Positions 18,755-27,631 of a stretch of DNA of 64,000 nt are shown here, piece after piece. Below the pieces are notes generated by a model that did not search any database, was not told the origin of the DNA, and worked only from the letters and a program-made list of their open reading frames with translations. Location of the stretch: NCBI GenBank assembly GCA_039794045.1, contig JBAMLY010000009.1:38609-102608 (forward strand), written 5' to 3'. The first letter of the stretch is position 1. Each line of letters begins with the position of its first letter. The DNA comes from Candidatus Micrarchaeia archaeon. Lineage in GTDB: Archaea; Micrarchaeota; Micrarchaeia; Norongarragalinales; UBA8480. Both the position numbers and the translations under genes were made by a program.

Positions 18755-20164
18755 ATGGCAAAAATTCGCGTGGGCTATCCGTTTCCAGAGTACGTGGTTG
18801 ACGAGCCAGTGCTAGGCAGGGAAGCAAAGCGCTTGCTGGAAAAATTTGTTGGCTTGGCGCAACGCAGGGTTTCAGTGAAAGAGTTTTGCGAGGAATTTGG
18901 CTTGGATGAAGGAGAAGCTGAAGAGTTCCTCAAGAGCTTGGATGTTTCTTCTTTCGGGAAGCCGTTGCCGCGCCAAGAAATGGAGGAAGTTGTCGCGAGC
19001 GCACGCAAAGTAGTTGCTGGGCTATCGGAAGCTGAAACGATTGCGAGGGGCGTGGCGCGCTCTCTCTACGGTTTCAAGGTAGTGCAGCCGTTGTTCGAGG
19101 ACGACGACTTGGAAGAAATAATGGTTAATGGTTTTTCTTCGCCTGTAATCGTGGCACATCGAAAGCATGGTTTATGCAAGACTAACTTGCGGTTCAAGAA
19201 CGAGAGAGAGTATGGGGACTTCTTGGTGCAGGTTTGCGGTGGCTCGGCTGGCGCCGCGTGCGATGTCCGCCTCCCGGATGGAAGCCGTGCTAACGTGGTT
19301 TTCCCGCCTGCGGCAAGCGAAGCAGCGGTTACCGTGCGCAAGTTCCGCCGCCAGCGTTTGAGCTTCGTTGAACTCGTAGAGGAAGGCGTTTTTTCTTCTC
19401 ACTTGGCGGCGTTCTTGTGGCTCTGCATTGAGGGAATGAGGGTTAGGCCGTTGAATGTCCTTTTCGCTGGCGGTACTGCCTCGGGCAAGACTTCTTCTCT
19501 TGACGCATTTTCTTGCTTTATTCCCCCGCACGAGCGAATTATAAGCATTGAGGACACGCGAGAGCTTTCCCTGCCAGGCAAGGAGAACTGGGTTGCGTTG
19601 GAGAAGACTGAAGAACTTGACTTGAACGCCTTGCTGCGCAACTCGCTGAGAATGCGTCCCGACAGGATAATCGTGGGCGAGGTGAGGGGCGCGGAAGCTG
19701 AAACGCTTTTCACGGCAATGAACATTGGGCAGAATGGAGTGCTTGGAACTCTTCACGCTAACAGCGACCGCGATGCCATCCAGCGCTTGGAGGCCGCGCC
19801 AATGAACGTCCCCCGTGACTTGATTCCGTTGCTTGACGTGGTAGTAGTTCAGCACAGGGTTTATGATGGAGGCGAGTTGAAGCGGCGCGTTACGCAAGTG
19901 AGCGAGGTTTCCCGCATTGAGGACAAGATTGCTTTGAATGAAGTGTTCAAGTGGGACGCGGGAAAGGAGAGCGTGGTGCGCACGCAGCAGACGAGCGAGT
20001 TAGTTGAAAAGATTGCTTTGCTGTCCGGCAACCCGATAAGTGCCGTTAACGCCGAGTTAGACCGCCGCCGTGAAATAGTTGACTTCTTGGTTGAAAAAAA
20101 GGTAAAATCGCAGGAGGACGTCACCGAGTTCATGAAAAAGTATTACGCTGAAAGCCTGCCTTGA
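18755..20164 (+). CDS. Type II/IV secretion-family ATPase (FlaI/PilB/TadA-like), orphan paralog; start moved to MAKIRVGY
   Basis: Walker A FAGGTASGKTS, motifs RPDRIIVGEVRG and GTLHANS. Paralogous to the ATPase at 38089. No neighbouring pilin or PilC genes. Confidence 0.8.
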   Translation: MAKIRVGYPFPEYVVDEPVLGREAKRLLEKFVGLAQRRVSVKEFCEEFGLDEGEAEEFLKSLDVSSFGKPLPRQEMEEVVASARKVVAGLSEAETIARGVARSLYGFKVVQPLFEDDDLEEIMVNGFSSPVIVAHRKHGLCKTNLRFKNEREYGDFLVQVCGGSAGAACDVRLPDGSRANVVFPPAASEAAVTVRKFRRQRLSFVELVEEGVFSSHLAAFLWLCIEGMRVRPLNVLFAGGTASGKTSSLDAFSCFIPPHERIISIEDTRELSLPGKENWVALEKTEELDLNALLRNSLRMRPDRIIVGEVRGAEAETLFTAMNIGQNGVLGTLHANSDRDAIQRLEAAPMNVPRDLIPLLDVVVVQHRVYDGGELKRRVTQVSEVSRIEDKIALNEVFKWDAGKESVVRTQQTSELVEKIALLSGNPISAVNAELDRRREIVDFLVEKKVKSQEDVTEFMKKYYAESLP

Positions 20165-20203
20165 CTTTTTAGAGTAAGACGTGGAAAGCAGTGTTTAAAG
20201 CGT

Positions 20204-20782
20204 TCAACTCAACTTAAAACAAGCTATTTCTTCGTGTACTGGCCGGTTTGGCGTGAGAGTGCTTTTCTTTAAAGCTACCTTGTCTGCCGTGAACTCAGCG
20301 AGCTCTTTTTCCGCGTATTCTTTTTGGAGGGCGCGCAGTAGCGCAAGGTTTTCTCTTCCCTTCACCCGGCATATTGTGACGTGCGCCGTGAAGTTTTTTT
20401 CTTTGCCTTGCACGCCCACGGCTTTGGCTATGGCTTGCCTTAACTCGTTCAAGCCACTTCCTTGCACGCCAGTCCAGAAGACGTTGATGCGTTGCTCGCT
20501 CGGAAAAAAGCCGGCGCCCTTTAGCTTTAGCGCGAGTGGTTTCATTCCCTGTAGTGCCCCCCTTAGTTTGGCTGCCGTCTCTGCTGCCTTGCTTTCAGTG
20601 ATTTCGCCGAGGAAGGCGAGCGTGACGTGCCATTCTTCCGGTGAAGTGAAGGTAGCGTGCAAGCCTAGTGCCTTCGCCTTGGCGGAAAGCTCGCCGATTT
20701 TTTGTTTTGCCTCGGCTGGAATTTCAAGTGAAACAAAGCAACGCAAGCCAATCACAAGTTTTTTTAATTTCGTTTCATTCAT
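20204..20782 (-). CDS. thpR: RNA 2',3'-cyclic phosphodiesterase / 2'-5' RNA ligase (LigT/ThpR, 2H family)
   Basis: Two HxT/S motifs (HVTLAFLG and HVTICRV). Length 192 aa. Confidence 0.8.
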   Translation of the reverse strand: MNETKLKKLVIGLRCFVSLEIPAEAKQKIGELSAKAKALGLHATFTSPEEWHVTLAFLGEITESKAAETAAKLRGALQGMKPLALKLKGAGFFPSEQRINVFWTGVQGSGLNELRQAIAKAVGVQGKEKNFTAHVTICRVKGRENLALLRALQKEYAEKELAEFTADKVALKKSTLTPNRPVHEEIACFKLS

Positions 20783-20788
20783 TCAAGC

Positions 20789-21631
20789 ATGAAGAAATTG
20801 TTTCCCGTATTTTTACTGGTTGCGGTATTCGCCTCAGTTGCTTCGGCTGCTCACTTGAAAGTCATAGCTCCCACGGCGCACGAGATTCAATCAGGTGATT
20901 ACGCCCAGCCAGTCGAAATAGGCGTGGTTGGGCCAGGACAAAAAGTAGAGATTTCTATAGAGCGCGGCACTGGGCAGATGAGCAACGACAAGACTACTTT
21001 CGGGCAGGAAGCGATTTGGGACCGGCTTGAAGTAATTCGTTCTTCGCTGCCGAGCGGGTGGGACGCGCGCGACAGCCTCGTTTACGAGACTCCTTTGACT
21101 GCCTTCGTAATAGTCTCTCCTGAAGCTTCTGACGGGGAGTACGTCGTCGAAATGCAGTCAGTTGACGAGTACGAGGGAGTCGCGCCCATCAAGTTCAAAG
21201 CGAAAATCAGGGTGGCGCGCGACGCTTTTTCTTTCTCCATGAATCCATCGAGCGTGATAGCGGGAGTGGGACAGCCCGCCGTTTATTCTTTCAAATTGAA
21301 GAGCAACAGCGACGCTTCTGATGCCTACCAGATTTCAGCGGAAGGGCTCCCCTACAACTGGGGTTTCACTAAAAGCGTTTTCTTGCCACGCCGCGGCGAA
21401 GCGATAGTAGCTTACGAAGTGGTTGGCTCTTCGCAGAAGCAAGTAAGCTTCAACTTCAGGATTCGCTCGCTTTCTAGTTCTTTGATTGAGGGAACGCAGG
21501 AGGCGAGGCTCGTCACTGTTTCTTCGTTGTGGCAGGACATGAAGGCGGCAGCGTCAGGCATTCCCTTGTTTCCAAGCGCCGAGCAACCAATTCACTCGTT
21601 GTTGGGCTTCACAGCAAACTTGTTCCCTTGA
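20789..21631 (+). CDS. Secreted protein of unknown function (signal peptide)
   Basis: N-terminus MKKLFPVFLLVAVFASVASA. A beta-rich 280-aa protein with no recognisable motif. Confidence 0.45.
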   Translation: MKKLFPVFLLVAVFASVASAAHLKVIAPTAHEIQSGDYAQPVEIGVVGPGQKVEISIERGTGQMSNDKTTFGQEAIWDRLEVIRSSLPSGWDARDSLVYETPLTAFVIVSPEASDGEYVVEMQSVDEYEGVAPIKFKAKIRVARDAFSFSMNPSSVIAGVGQPAVYSFKLKSNSDASDAYQISAEGLPYNWGFTKSVFLPRRGEAIVAYEVVGSSQKQVSFNFRIRSLSSSLIEGTQEARLVTVSSLWQDMKAAASGIPLFPSAEQPIHSLLGFTANLFP

Positions 21632-21677
21632 ATGCGCCACAGCACGCCTAATATTCTTTTTCGTTCCCAGAAATTAC

Positions 21678-23273
21678 GTGGCTTCCAGTGCAGCGCAGGC
21701 GAGAATTAATGCAGCGAGAGAAGTAGCGCGAGCCATTGCGGGAATGCGTTCAAAGCCTAGTCCACGCAAGCTGATGGCTTTAAAGCGCGCGGCGTGCAAG
21801 AGACACGGCTTGAGCGAAATGCTTTCAAACGCGGAATTGCTTGAAGCCCTCCCGTCAGCGGTATTGCGAGAAAAAAAACAGTTTTTCAGGACGAGGCAAG
21901 TGCGCTCGCTTTCAGGCGTTTGCGTTGTCGCGATAATGGCGAGGCCTGCTGAGTGCCCGCACGGCAGGTGCGCTTACTGTCCTGGAGGCCCGCAAAACAA
22001 TTCGCCTCAAAGCTATACGGGGCGCGAGCCAGCGGCAATGCGTGCTTCTCAGAACGGCTTCGATTCCTTTGCGCAAGTTAGGGCGAGGCTCGACCAACTG
22101 CGCGCCATTGGCCACGAGCCACAGAAATGCGAGTTGATAGTAATGGGCGGCACTTTCAACGCCCAGCCTCTTGAATACCAACGCGTTTTCTTGAAGCGCG
22201 CCTTTGAAGCATTCAATGAAGGCACGTCGCGTTCTCTTGAAGCCGCGATAAAAGCTAACGAGGGCGCGCGGCACAGGGTGGTGGGACTGACTTTCGAGAC
22301 GCGTCCTGACTGGGCGACTCGCGAGAGGATTTCCAGGCTCGTGGACTGGGGGGCGACGAGGATAGAGTTGGGAGTTCAGACTTTAAGCGACGAGGTTTAC
22401 AAGAAAGTGGAGAGGGGGCACTCGGTTGCCGACGTAGTGGAAGCCACGCAGACTTGCAAGGATGCGCTCCTCAAGGTAGGCTATCACTGGATGCCTGGGC
22501 TTCTCTGCGGCCCTCGCGACGACGAGAGGATGTTCAAGCGCTTGTTTTCTGACTCGCGTTTCAGGCCCGACATGCTGAAAATTTATCCTTGCCTGGTAAT
22601 GCCTGGCACGAAAATGTTTGAGTGGTGGGAGAAAGGAGAATTCGTTCCCTACGACGCTGAAACCGCGGCGAGAGTGGTGGCACGCTTGAAGCGTTTAGTT
22701 CCGCCTTACTGTAGGGTGATGCGCGTAGAGCGAGACATTCCAGTGCAGTTGATTGCTGCGGGCGTCAAGAAAAGCAACTTGCGGCAGCTCGTGCGCAAGG
22801 AAATGCTTGAGCGCGGGTGGGAGTGCAAGTGCATTCGGTGCAGGGAAGTTGGCTTCAAGCAAGCGGCTGGCGCGAAAATTGATTGGAGCGCCGTTGAGTT
22901 GAAGCGCTTTGACTACGAGGCGAGCGGCGGCAAAGAAGTTTTTCTTTCTTTCGAAGAGCCGGGAGCGGATGCGCTGGTTGCCTTCCTGCGCCTGCGATTA
23001 CCTGGCAGGCCTTGGCGCAAAGAATTCCGTGAAGGAGACGCTGGCGTGCGCGAGTTGCACGTCTACGGCGAGCAGTTGCTCGTGGGCGAGAGAAAGGAAG
23101 TGGCAGCGCAGCACAAGCGCTTTGGGCGCCTGCTGTTAGGGGAAGCCGAGCGCATAGCTGGCGAGGAGTGGGGTTCGCGGAAGCTCTTCGTTATAAGCGG
23201 CGTTGGAGTGCGTCCTTACTACAAGCGGTTGGGCTACGCTCAAGACGGTGCTTTCGTCTCCAAAAAACTATAA
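21678..23273 (+). CDS. elp3: Elp3-like radical SAM/GNAT tRNA modification enzyme
   Basis: Radical SAM Cys triad (AECPHGRCAYCPGG) and a C-terminal acetyltransferase region. GTG start. Length 531 aa. Confidence 0.9.
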   Translation: MASSAAQARINAAREVARAIAGMRSKPSPRKLMALKRAACKRHGLSEMLSNAELLEALPSAVLREKKQFFRTRQVRSLSGVCVVAIMARPAECPHGRCAYCPGGPQNNSPQSYTGREPAAMRASQNGFDSFAQVRARLDQLRAIGHEPQKCELIVMGGTFNAQPLEYQRVFLKRAFEAFNEGTSRSLEAAIKANEGARHRVVGLTFETRPDWATRERISRLVDWGATRIELGVQTLSDEVYKKVERGHSVADVVEATQTCKDALLKVGYHWMPGLLCGPRDDERMFKRLFSDSRFRPDMLKIYPCLVMPGTKMFEWWEKGEFVPYDAETAARVVARLKRLVPPYCRVMRVERDIPVQLIAAGVKKSNLRQLVRKEMLERGWECKCIRCREVGFKQAAGAKIDWSAVELKRFDYEASGGKEVFLSFEEPGADALVAFLRLRLPGRPWRKEFREGDAGVRELHVYGEQLLVGERKEVAAQHKRFGRLLLGEAERIAGEEWGSRKLFVISGVGVRPYYKRLGYAQDGAFVSKKL

Positions 23274-23325
23274 TAAGCGCGCGCTCTAAACCGTGTTGGT
23301 GTCTCGCTTGTATTCCGAAAAGATA

Positions 23326-24642
23326 ATGCTGGCCTTGAAGGCTGCCGGCGCTTCTTTTGGCGACCGCGTTCGCGTGAAGTCTGGCAGTGCAGTGTTCGAG
23401 GGAGTTCTGTTGCCACGCCACGACTACGGTGACCCGGATTGCCTTGTGCTAAAGCTTTCCAGTGGCTATAACGTCGGGGTGGCGTTTGACTCCAAGACTT
23501 TGGTGGAGCGGGTTGGTGGCGCGGCGAAGGCAGGAAAGGAGGCGTTGCCTCGGTTTCCGCGCAATCCCTTGCTTCCAGACGTCTCGCTTGTCGCGACTGG
23601 CGGAACGATTAGCGCGAGAGTGGACTACAAGACTGGCGGGGTGGACATGTTCTTGTCCCCTGAAGAAATTCTTGCGGTTGCACCTCAAGTTGCTGAAGTA
23701 ATCAATTTAAGGAACTTGATTAGCCCTTTCAGGGTGGCTAGCGAGGACATGACTTTCAGGGAGTGGAAGAAGATTGCCGCCGTGGTGGCGAAAGAGCTTT
23801 CCAGTGGCGCGGCTGGCGTGATAGTCACTCACGGGACTGACACTCTCCACTTTACTGCAGCCGCGCTGTCGTTCATGCTCCGCAACCTCGAACAACCAGT
23901 AGCTCTCGTTGGCGCTCAGCGTTCTCCTGACAGGGGAAGTTTTGACGGCACCATGAACTTGGTTTGCGGTGCTCACTACGCGAAAAGCTCGCTTGCCGAA
24001 GTTGCAGTGGTAATGCATGGCACGAGCAGTGACGACTACTGCCTCGCCATTCGCGGAACTAAAGCGCGAAAAATGCATACTACTCGCCGCGACGCCTTCC
24101 GTCCAATCAATGACTTGCCTCTCGCGAGAATTTGGCCTGACGGCAGGATTGAAGGAGTTCAGGGGGCTCGCGCGCGGGGCAGTGGAGTAGTTGAGTTAGA
24201 CGACTCTTTCGAGCCGCGCACTGCGCTAGTGAAAGTATTTCCCGGCGCTTCCCCGGAAGTAATTGATTTTTACGTTGACAGGAAGTACCGTGGCATTGTT
24301 TTGGAGGGTACGGCTTTGGGGCACGCGCCAGTTGCCACGCTTGACTCGCGCGACAGCTGGCTGCCTTCCATCGAGCGCGCCGTGGAAGAAGGAGTGGTTG
24401 TCGCGATGGCGACGCAGTGCCTTTACGGTTCCACTAATCCCTTCGTTTACGCTAACGGCCGCCGCCTCGCCCGCGCTGGCGTTGTTTACTGTCGCGACAT
24501 GCTTCCAGAAACGGCTTTCGTGAAGCTCGGCTGGCTTTTGGGGCACAAGGGTTTGTCGCTCGAGGGGGTTGCCGCGAGAATGACTGAAAACTTGTGTGGC
24601 GAAATAAATGCGCGCTTGACTGAAGCGCACTTTCTTGCGTGA
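23326..24642 (+). CDS. gatD: Glutamyl-tRNA(Gln) amidotransferase subunit D (GatD, asparaginase-like)
   Basis: N-terminal GDRVRV...EGVLLPR...YNVGV domain and an asparaginase core (TGGTISARVD, IVVTHGTDTL). An alternative GTG start lies at 23293. Confidence 0.9.
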   Translation: MLALKAAGASFGDRVRVKSGSAVFEGVLLPRHDYGDPDCLVLKLSSGYNVGVAFDSKTLVERVGGAAKAGKEALPRFPRNPLLPDVSLVATGGTISARVDYKTGGVDMFLSPEEILAVAPQVAEVINLRNLISPFRVASEDMTFREWKKIAAVVAKELSSGAAGVIVTHGTDTLHFTAAALSFMLRNLEQPVALVGAQRSPDRGSFDGTMNLVCGAHYAKSSLAEVAVVMHGTSSDDYCLAIRGTKARKMHTTRRDAFRPINDLPLARIWPDGRIEGVQGARARGSGVVELDDSFEPRTALVKVFPGASPEVIDFYVDRKYRGIVLEGTALGHAPVATLDSRDSWLPSIERAVEEGVVVAMATQCLYGSTNPFVYANGRRLARAGVVYCRDMLPETAFVKLGWLLGHKGLSLEGVAARMTENLCGEINARLTEAHFLA

Positions 24643-24648
24643 TTTGAA

Positions 24649-26493
24649 TTGATTGACTTCAAGGCAATTGGCTTCAAGTGCGGCGTCGAAGTCCACCAGC
24701 GAGTGGACTCGCACAAGCTGTTCTGCGAGTGCTACTGCAACCCCAACAAGGAAGGGGAGAAAGGACAGGTTTTCGAGTTGAAGCGGAGGCTGGCGGCGGT
24801 GGCGGGCGAGCTTGGCGGCTTGGATCCGGCTGCTGCCTTCGAGGCTGCACGCGGAAAGGAATTCACTTACTTTTCTGACTCGAAGACTTCTTGCTTGGTT
24901 GAGTGCGACGAAGAACCACCACACCAAATAAATGAAGAGGCAGTGAAGGTGGCTTTGCAGATTGCGCTTGCTTTGGGGGCGCGCCCCGTGGACGAAGTTC
25001 AGGTAATGCGAAAGACGGTGGTGGACGGCAGCGCAGTAAGCGGCTTTCAGCGCACTGCGTTGGTTGCTTTGAATGGCTTACTTGAAACCTCGCGGGGCAG
25101 GGTAGGAATTCCCACTATTTGCGTGGAGGAAGAAAGCGCGGGAATCGTTGAGAAGTCGGCTGGCTCGGCGGCTTACAGGCTGGACCGCCTCGGCATTCCG
25201 TTGATTGAAATTGCTTCCGACGCGTCAATAAAAGACGGCGTTCACGCAGCCGAAGTCGCTGAAAAGATTGGGCTCTTGTTGCGCACTACGGGGAGAGTGC
25301 AGAGGGGAATTGGCACGATAAGGCAGGACTTGAACGTAAGCGTCGAGGGAGGCGCGCGCGTAGAGATTAAGGGAGCGCAAGAGCTTGCCGCGATTCCTGC
25401 GATTGTTGAGAACGAGGCGCGACGCCAAGTCGAGTTAATCAAAATCAAAAAAAAGTTGGCTGGAAAGAAAAAAATCGCAGTGCAGCCTGCCGTGAGGGAC
25501 GTCACGCACTTGTTGAAGGAGGACGGTCCTTCTTTCGTGCGCAAAGCGATTTCTGAGGGCGCTTCCGCGATGGCGGTCAAGCTTGAAGGCTTTGCCGGCT
25601 TGCTTGGCAGAGAGTTGATGGAGAACCACAGGCTGGGCACTGAATTGAGTGACTACGCTAGAGCCAGCGCGGGCGTGAAGGGAATTATTCACTCCGACGA
25701 AGACCCGGCAAAGTATTCTTTGGAGGAAAGCGTTTTCTCGGCCGTCGCAAGGCAACTCGGCTGCACTGCTTCCGATGCGTGGGTTTTGTGCGTGGAAAAA
25801 GAGCTCGTTGCCGTAAAGGCTTTGGATGCGGCGTTCCACCGAGCTCGTCTCGCCTTTGACGGCGTGCCGAGCGAGACGCGGCGCGTTGAGGGAGAGAAAA
25901 GCGTTTTCATGCGCCCCATGCCTGGAGCGGATAGAATGTACCCTGAGACTGACGTCGCGCCGCTGCGCTTGAACGCCGTCTTCTTGGCTGGAGTGAAGCC
26001 TTTAGAGGACTTTGAGGCAAGGAAAAAGCGGTTCAAGGCAATGGGTTTGAATGAGGAACTAGCAGAAAAAATACTGCGAGGAAGCGAAGCAAACTCGTTC
26101 GAGGAACTCGTGCGCGACAGTGGCGCAGACGCTTTGTTTGTGGCAGTGACTTTAGAGGATACCTTGAAGGCGCTGCGGCGCGCTGGCTTTTCGGTTGACT
26201 CTCTTGGCATTGAGCGGTTGCGCGAGGTTTTCTCGCTTTACGCGAAGGGAAGAATAGTGAAGGCGGCGGTCCCAGAGTTGTTGAAGGCGTTGTGCGAGTG
26301 GCCAGCCCCAGCTGAAACTGTCTTGCGCGAGAAAAAGCTCGAGAAATTCAGTTCAAGGCGTCTTGCCGCTACAGTCAAGGCATTGCGCGAGGAAGGAGTG
26401 AGCGAGAAACAATTGTTCGCGGAAGTAATGAAGAGGCACAGGTTAAACGTTGACGCTGGCGAGCTTCAAGCTTTGTTGAAGAAGGCATTTTAA
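24649..26493 (+). CDS. gatE: Glutamyl-tRNA(Gln) amidotransferase subunit E (GatE)
   Basis: MIDFKAIGFKCGVEVHQ N-terminus, GatB/E core and a C-terminal GatB_Yqey-like tail. Length 614 aa. Immediately downstream of gatD. Confidence 0.9.
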   Translation: MIDFKAIGFKCGVEVHQRVDSHKLFCECYCNPNKEGEKGQVFELKRRLAAVAGELGGLDPAAAFEAARGKEFTYFSDSKTSCLVECDEEPPHQINEEAVKVALQIALALGARPVDEVQVMRKTVVDGSAVSGFQRTALVALNGLLETSRGRVGIPTICVEEESAGIVEKSAGSAAYRLDRLGIPLIEIASDASIKDGVHAAEVAEKIGLLLRTTGRVQRGIGTIRQDLNVSVEGGARVEIKGAQELAAIPAIVENEARRQVELIKIKKKLAGKKKIAVQPAVRDVTHLLKEDGPSFVRKAISEGASAMAVKLEGFAGLLGRELMENHRLGTELSDYARASAGVKGIIHSDEDPAKYSLEESVFSAVARQLGCTASDAWVLCVEKELVAVKALDAAFHRARLAFDGVPSETRRVEGEKSVFMRPMPGADRMYPETDVAPLRLNAVFLAGVKPLEDFEARKKRFKAMGLNEELAEKILRGSEANSFEELVRDSGADALFVAVTLEDTLKALRRAGFSVDSLGIERLREVFSLYAKGRIVKAAVPELLKALCEWPAPAETVLREKKLEKFSSRRLAATVKALREEGVSEKQLFAEVMKRHRLNVDAGELQALLKKAF

Positions 26494-26539
26494 ACGAGGA
26501 CTGCCTTCTTAGAAAAGGTTTTGTTAAGGGTTTTCGTTT

Positions 26540-27565
26540 ATGGCAGACGATTTCGGCGAGGCTGCTCCTCAGGAAGGCGGTGGCTTCGACAAAGAGAAAA
26601 TTATTGCTTTGCTGAAGAAGTTCGCGCCTTTCTTAGTGGCTGCAGTGGTAGTGGTTGGTGGCGTGCTTTTCTATTTCAGCCTGCCAAAGCCGGCCACGGT
26701 AACAGTTTGCGTTGACGGCTTGGACCAAGCCACGAAAGTGGAGGCTGCGTCAGTTACTTTTTCTCGGGGCGACGAGTCTTGGTCTGTTGACTTGGAGGAC
26801 CGCTGCGGCGAGTTGAGTGGCACACTGCCAGCGGGAGTAGAGTTGAGCGTGGAAGTGGATGCGGGCTCGAAGTATTCTTCTACTCCAGACCCTTCTTCAG
26901 TCATCCTTGAACCCGGCACTAACACTGTTAACTTGAAGCTTCCCTACGACTACAAGCTTTCAGCGAACCAAAAGTCTTTCACGATAGACACTGCGCCGGG
27001 CTGCAACCGCACCATCATCCTCGGCGTGAAAAACAATGGCAAGTCCGCGGCTGAAATTGGTTTAGTGCCTGAAGGCGACGCCCGGCAATACTTGTTTGTT
27101 CCGCCGTTCAAGACCATCGCAGCTGGCGCGGACACGACTATTGCGGTTTCGGTTTTAGTGCCGGCCGCGGGCCAGAAAACGATTACTGGTGCGTTGAGGC
27201 TCGCGCATACTACAACCAAGATTCCGGTGACAATAAACGTGGGAGAGGGAGCCAAGCTAAGTATAACTCCTACTTCGGTGAGGCTCTCAAACGACGACAA
27301 AGTGCTGGTCACGGTGAAGAACGCTGGAAAGACTGACGTTACCGACTTGCGCGTTGAAACTTGTTATTCCGAAGAAAAGATAAGCGTGTCTTACAACGCG
27401 CAGTCAATTACAAAATTCTTAGCTCCTGGAAGCCAGACTACTTTCCCGGTAGACGTTTACTCTGCCGAGCCAGGAAAGTTTTTCGCGAAACTCTGCATTT
27501 CAGACGGCGGCTGCCAAGCGACCGAGGTTCCGATAACGCTGGAGAAGGCCGCGCCGCGCTCGTGA
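26540..27565 (+). CDS. Membrane-anchored extracellular protein, unknown function
   Basis: One N-terminal TM helix then a beta-rich 300-aa ectodomain with sequons NRT, NGK. Confidence 0.45.
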   Translation: MADDFGEAAPQEGGGFDKEKIIALLKKFAPFLVAAVVVVGGVLFYFSLPKPATVTVCVDGLDQATKVEAASVTFSRGDESWSVDLEDRCGELSGTLPAGVELSVEVDAGSKYSSTPDPSSVILEPGTNTVNLKLPYDYKLSANQKSFTIDTAPGCNRTIILGVKNNGKSAAEIGLVPEGDARQYLFVPPFKTIAAGADTTIAVSVLVPAAGQKTITGALRLAHTTTKIPVTINVGEGAKLSITPTSVRLSNDDKVLVTVKNAGKTDVTDLRVETCYSEEKISVSYNAQSITKFLAPGSQTTFPVDVYSAEPGKFFAKLCISDGGCQATEVPITLEKAAPRS

Positions 27566-27631
27566 GCTACGCCGCAGCCTTTGGTTGTCTTGCGAACACA
27601 CATTAAAATAATGCGTCGCCCAAAATAGTTA

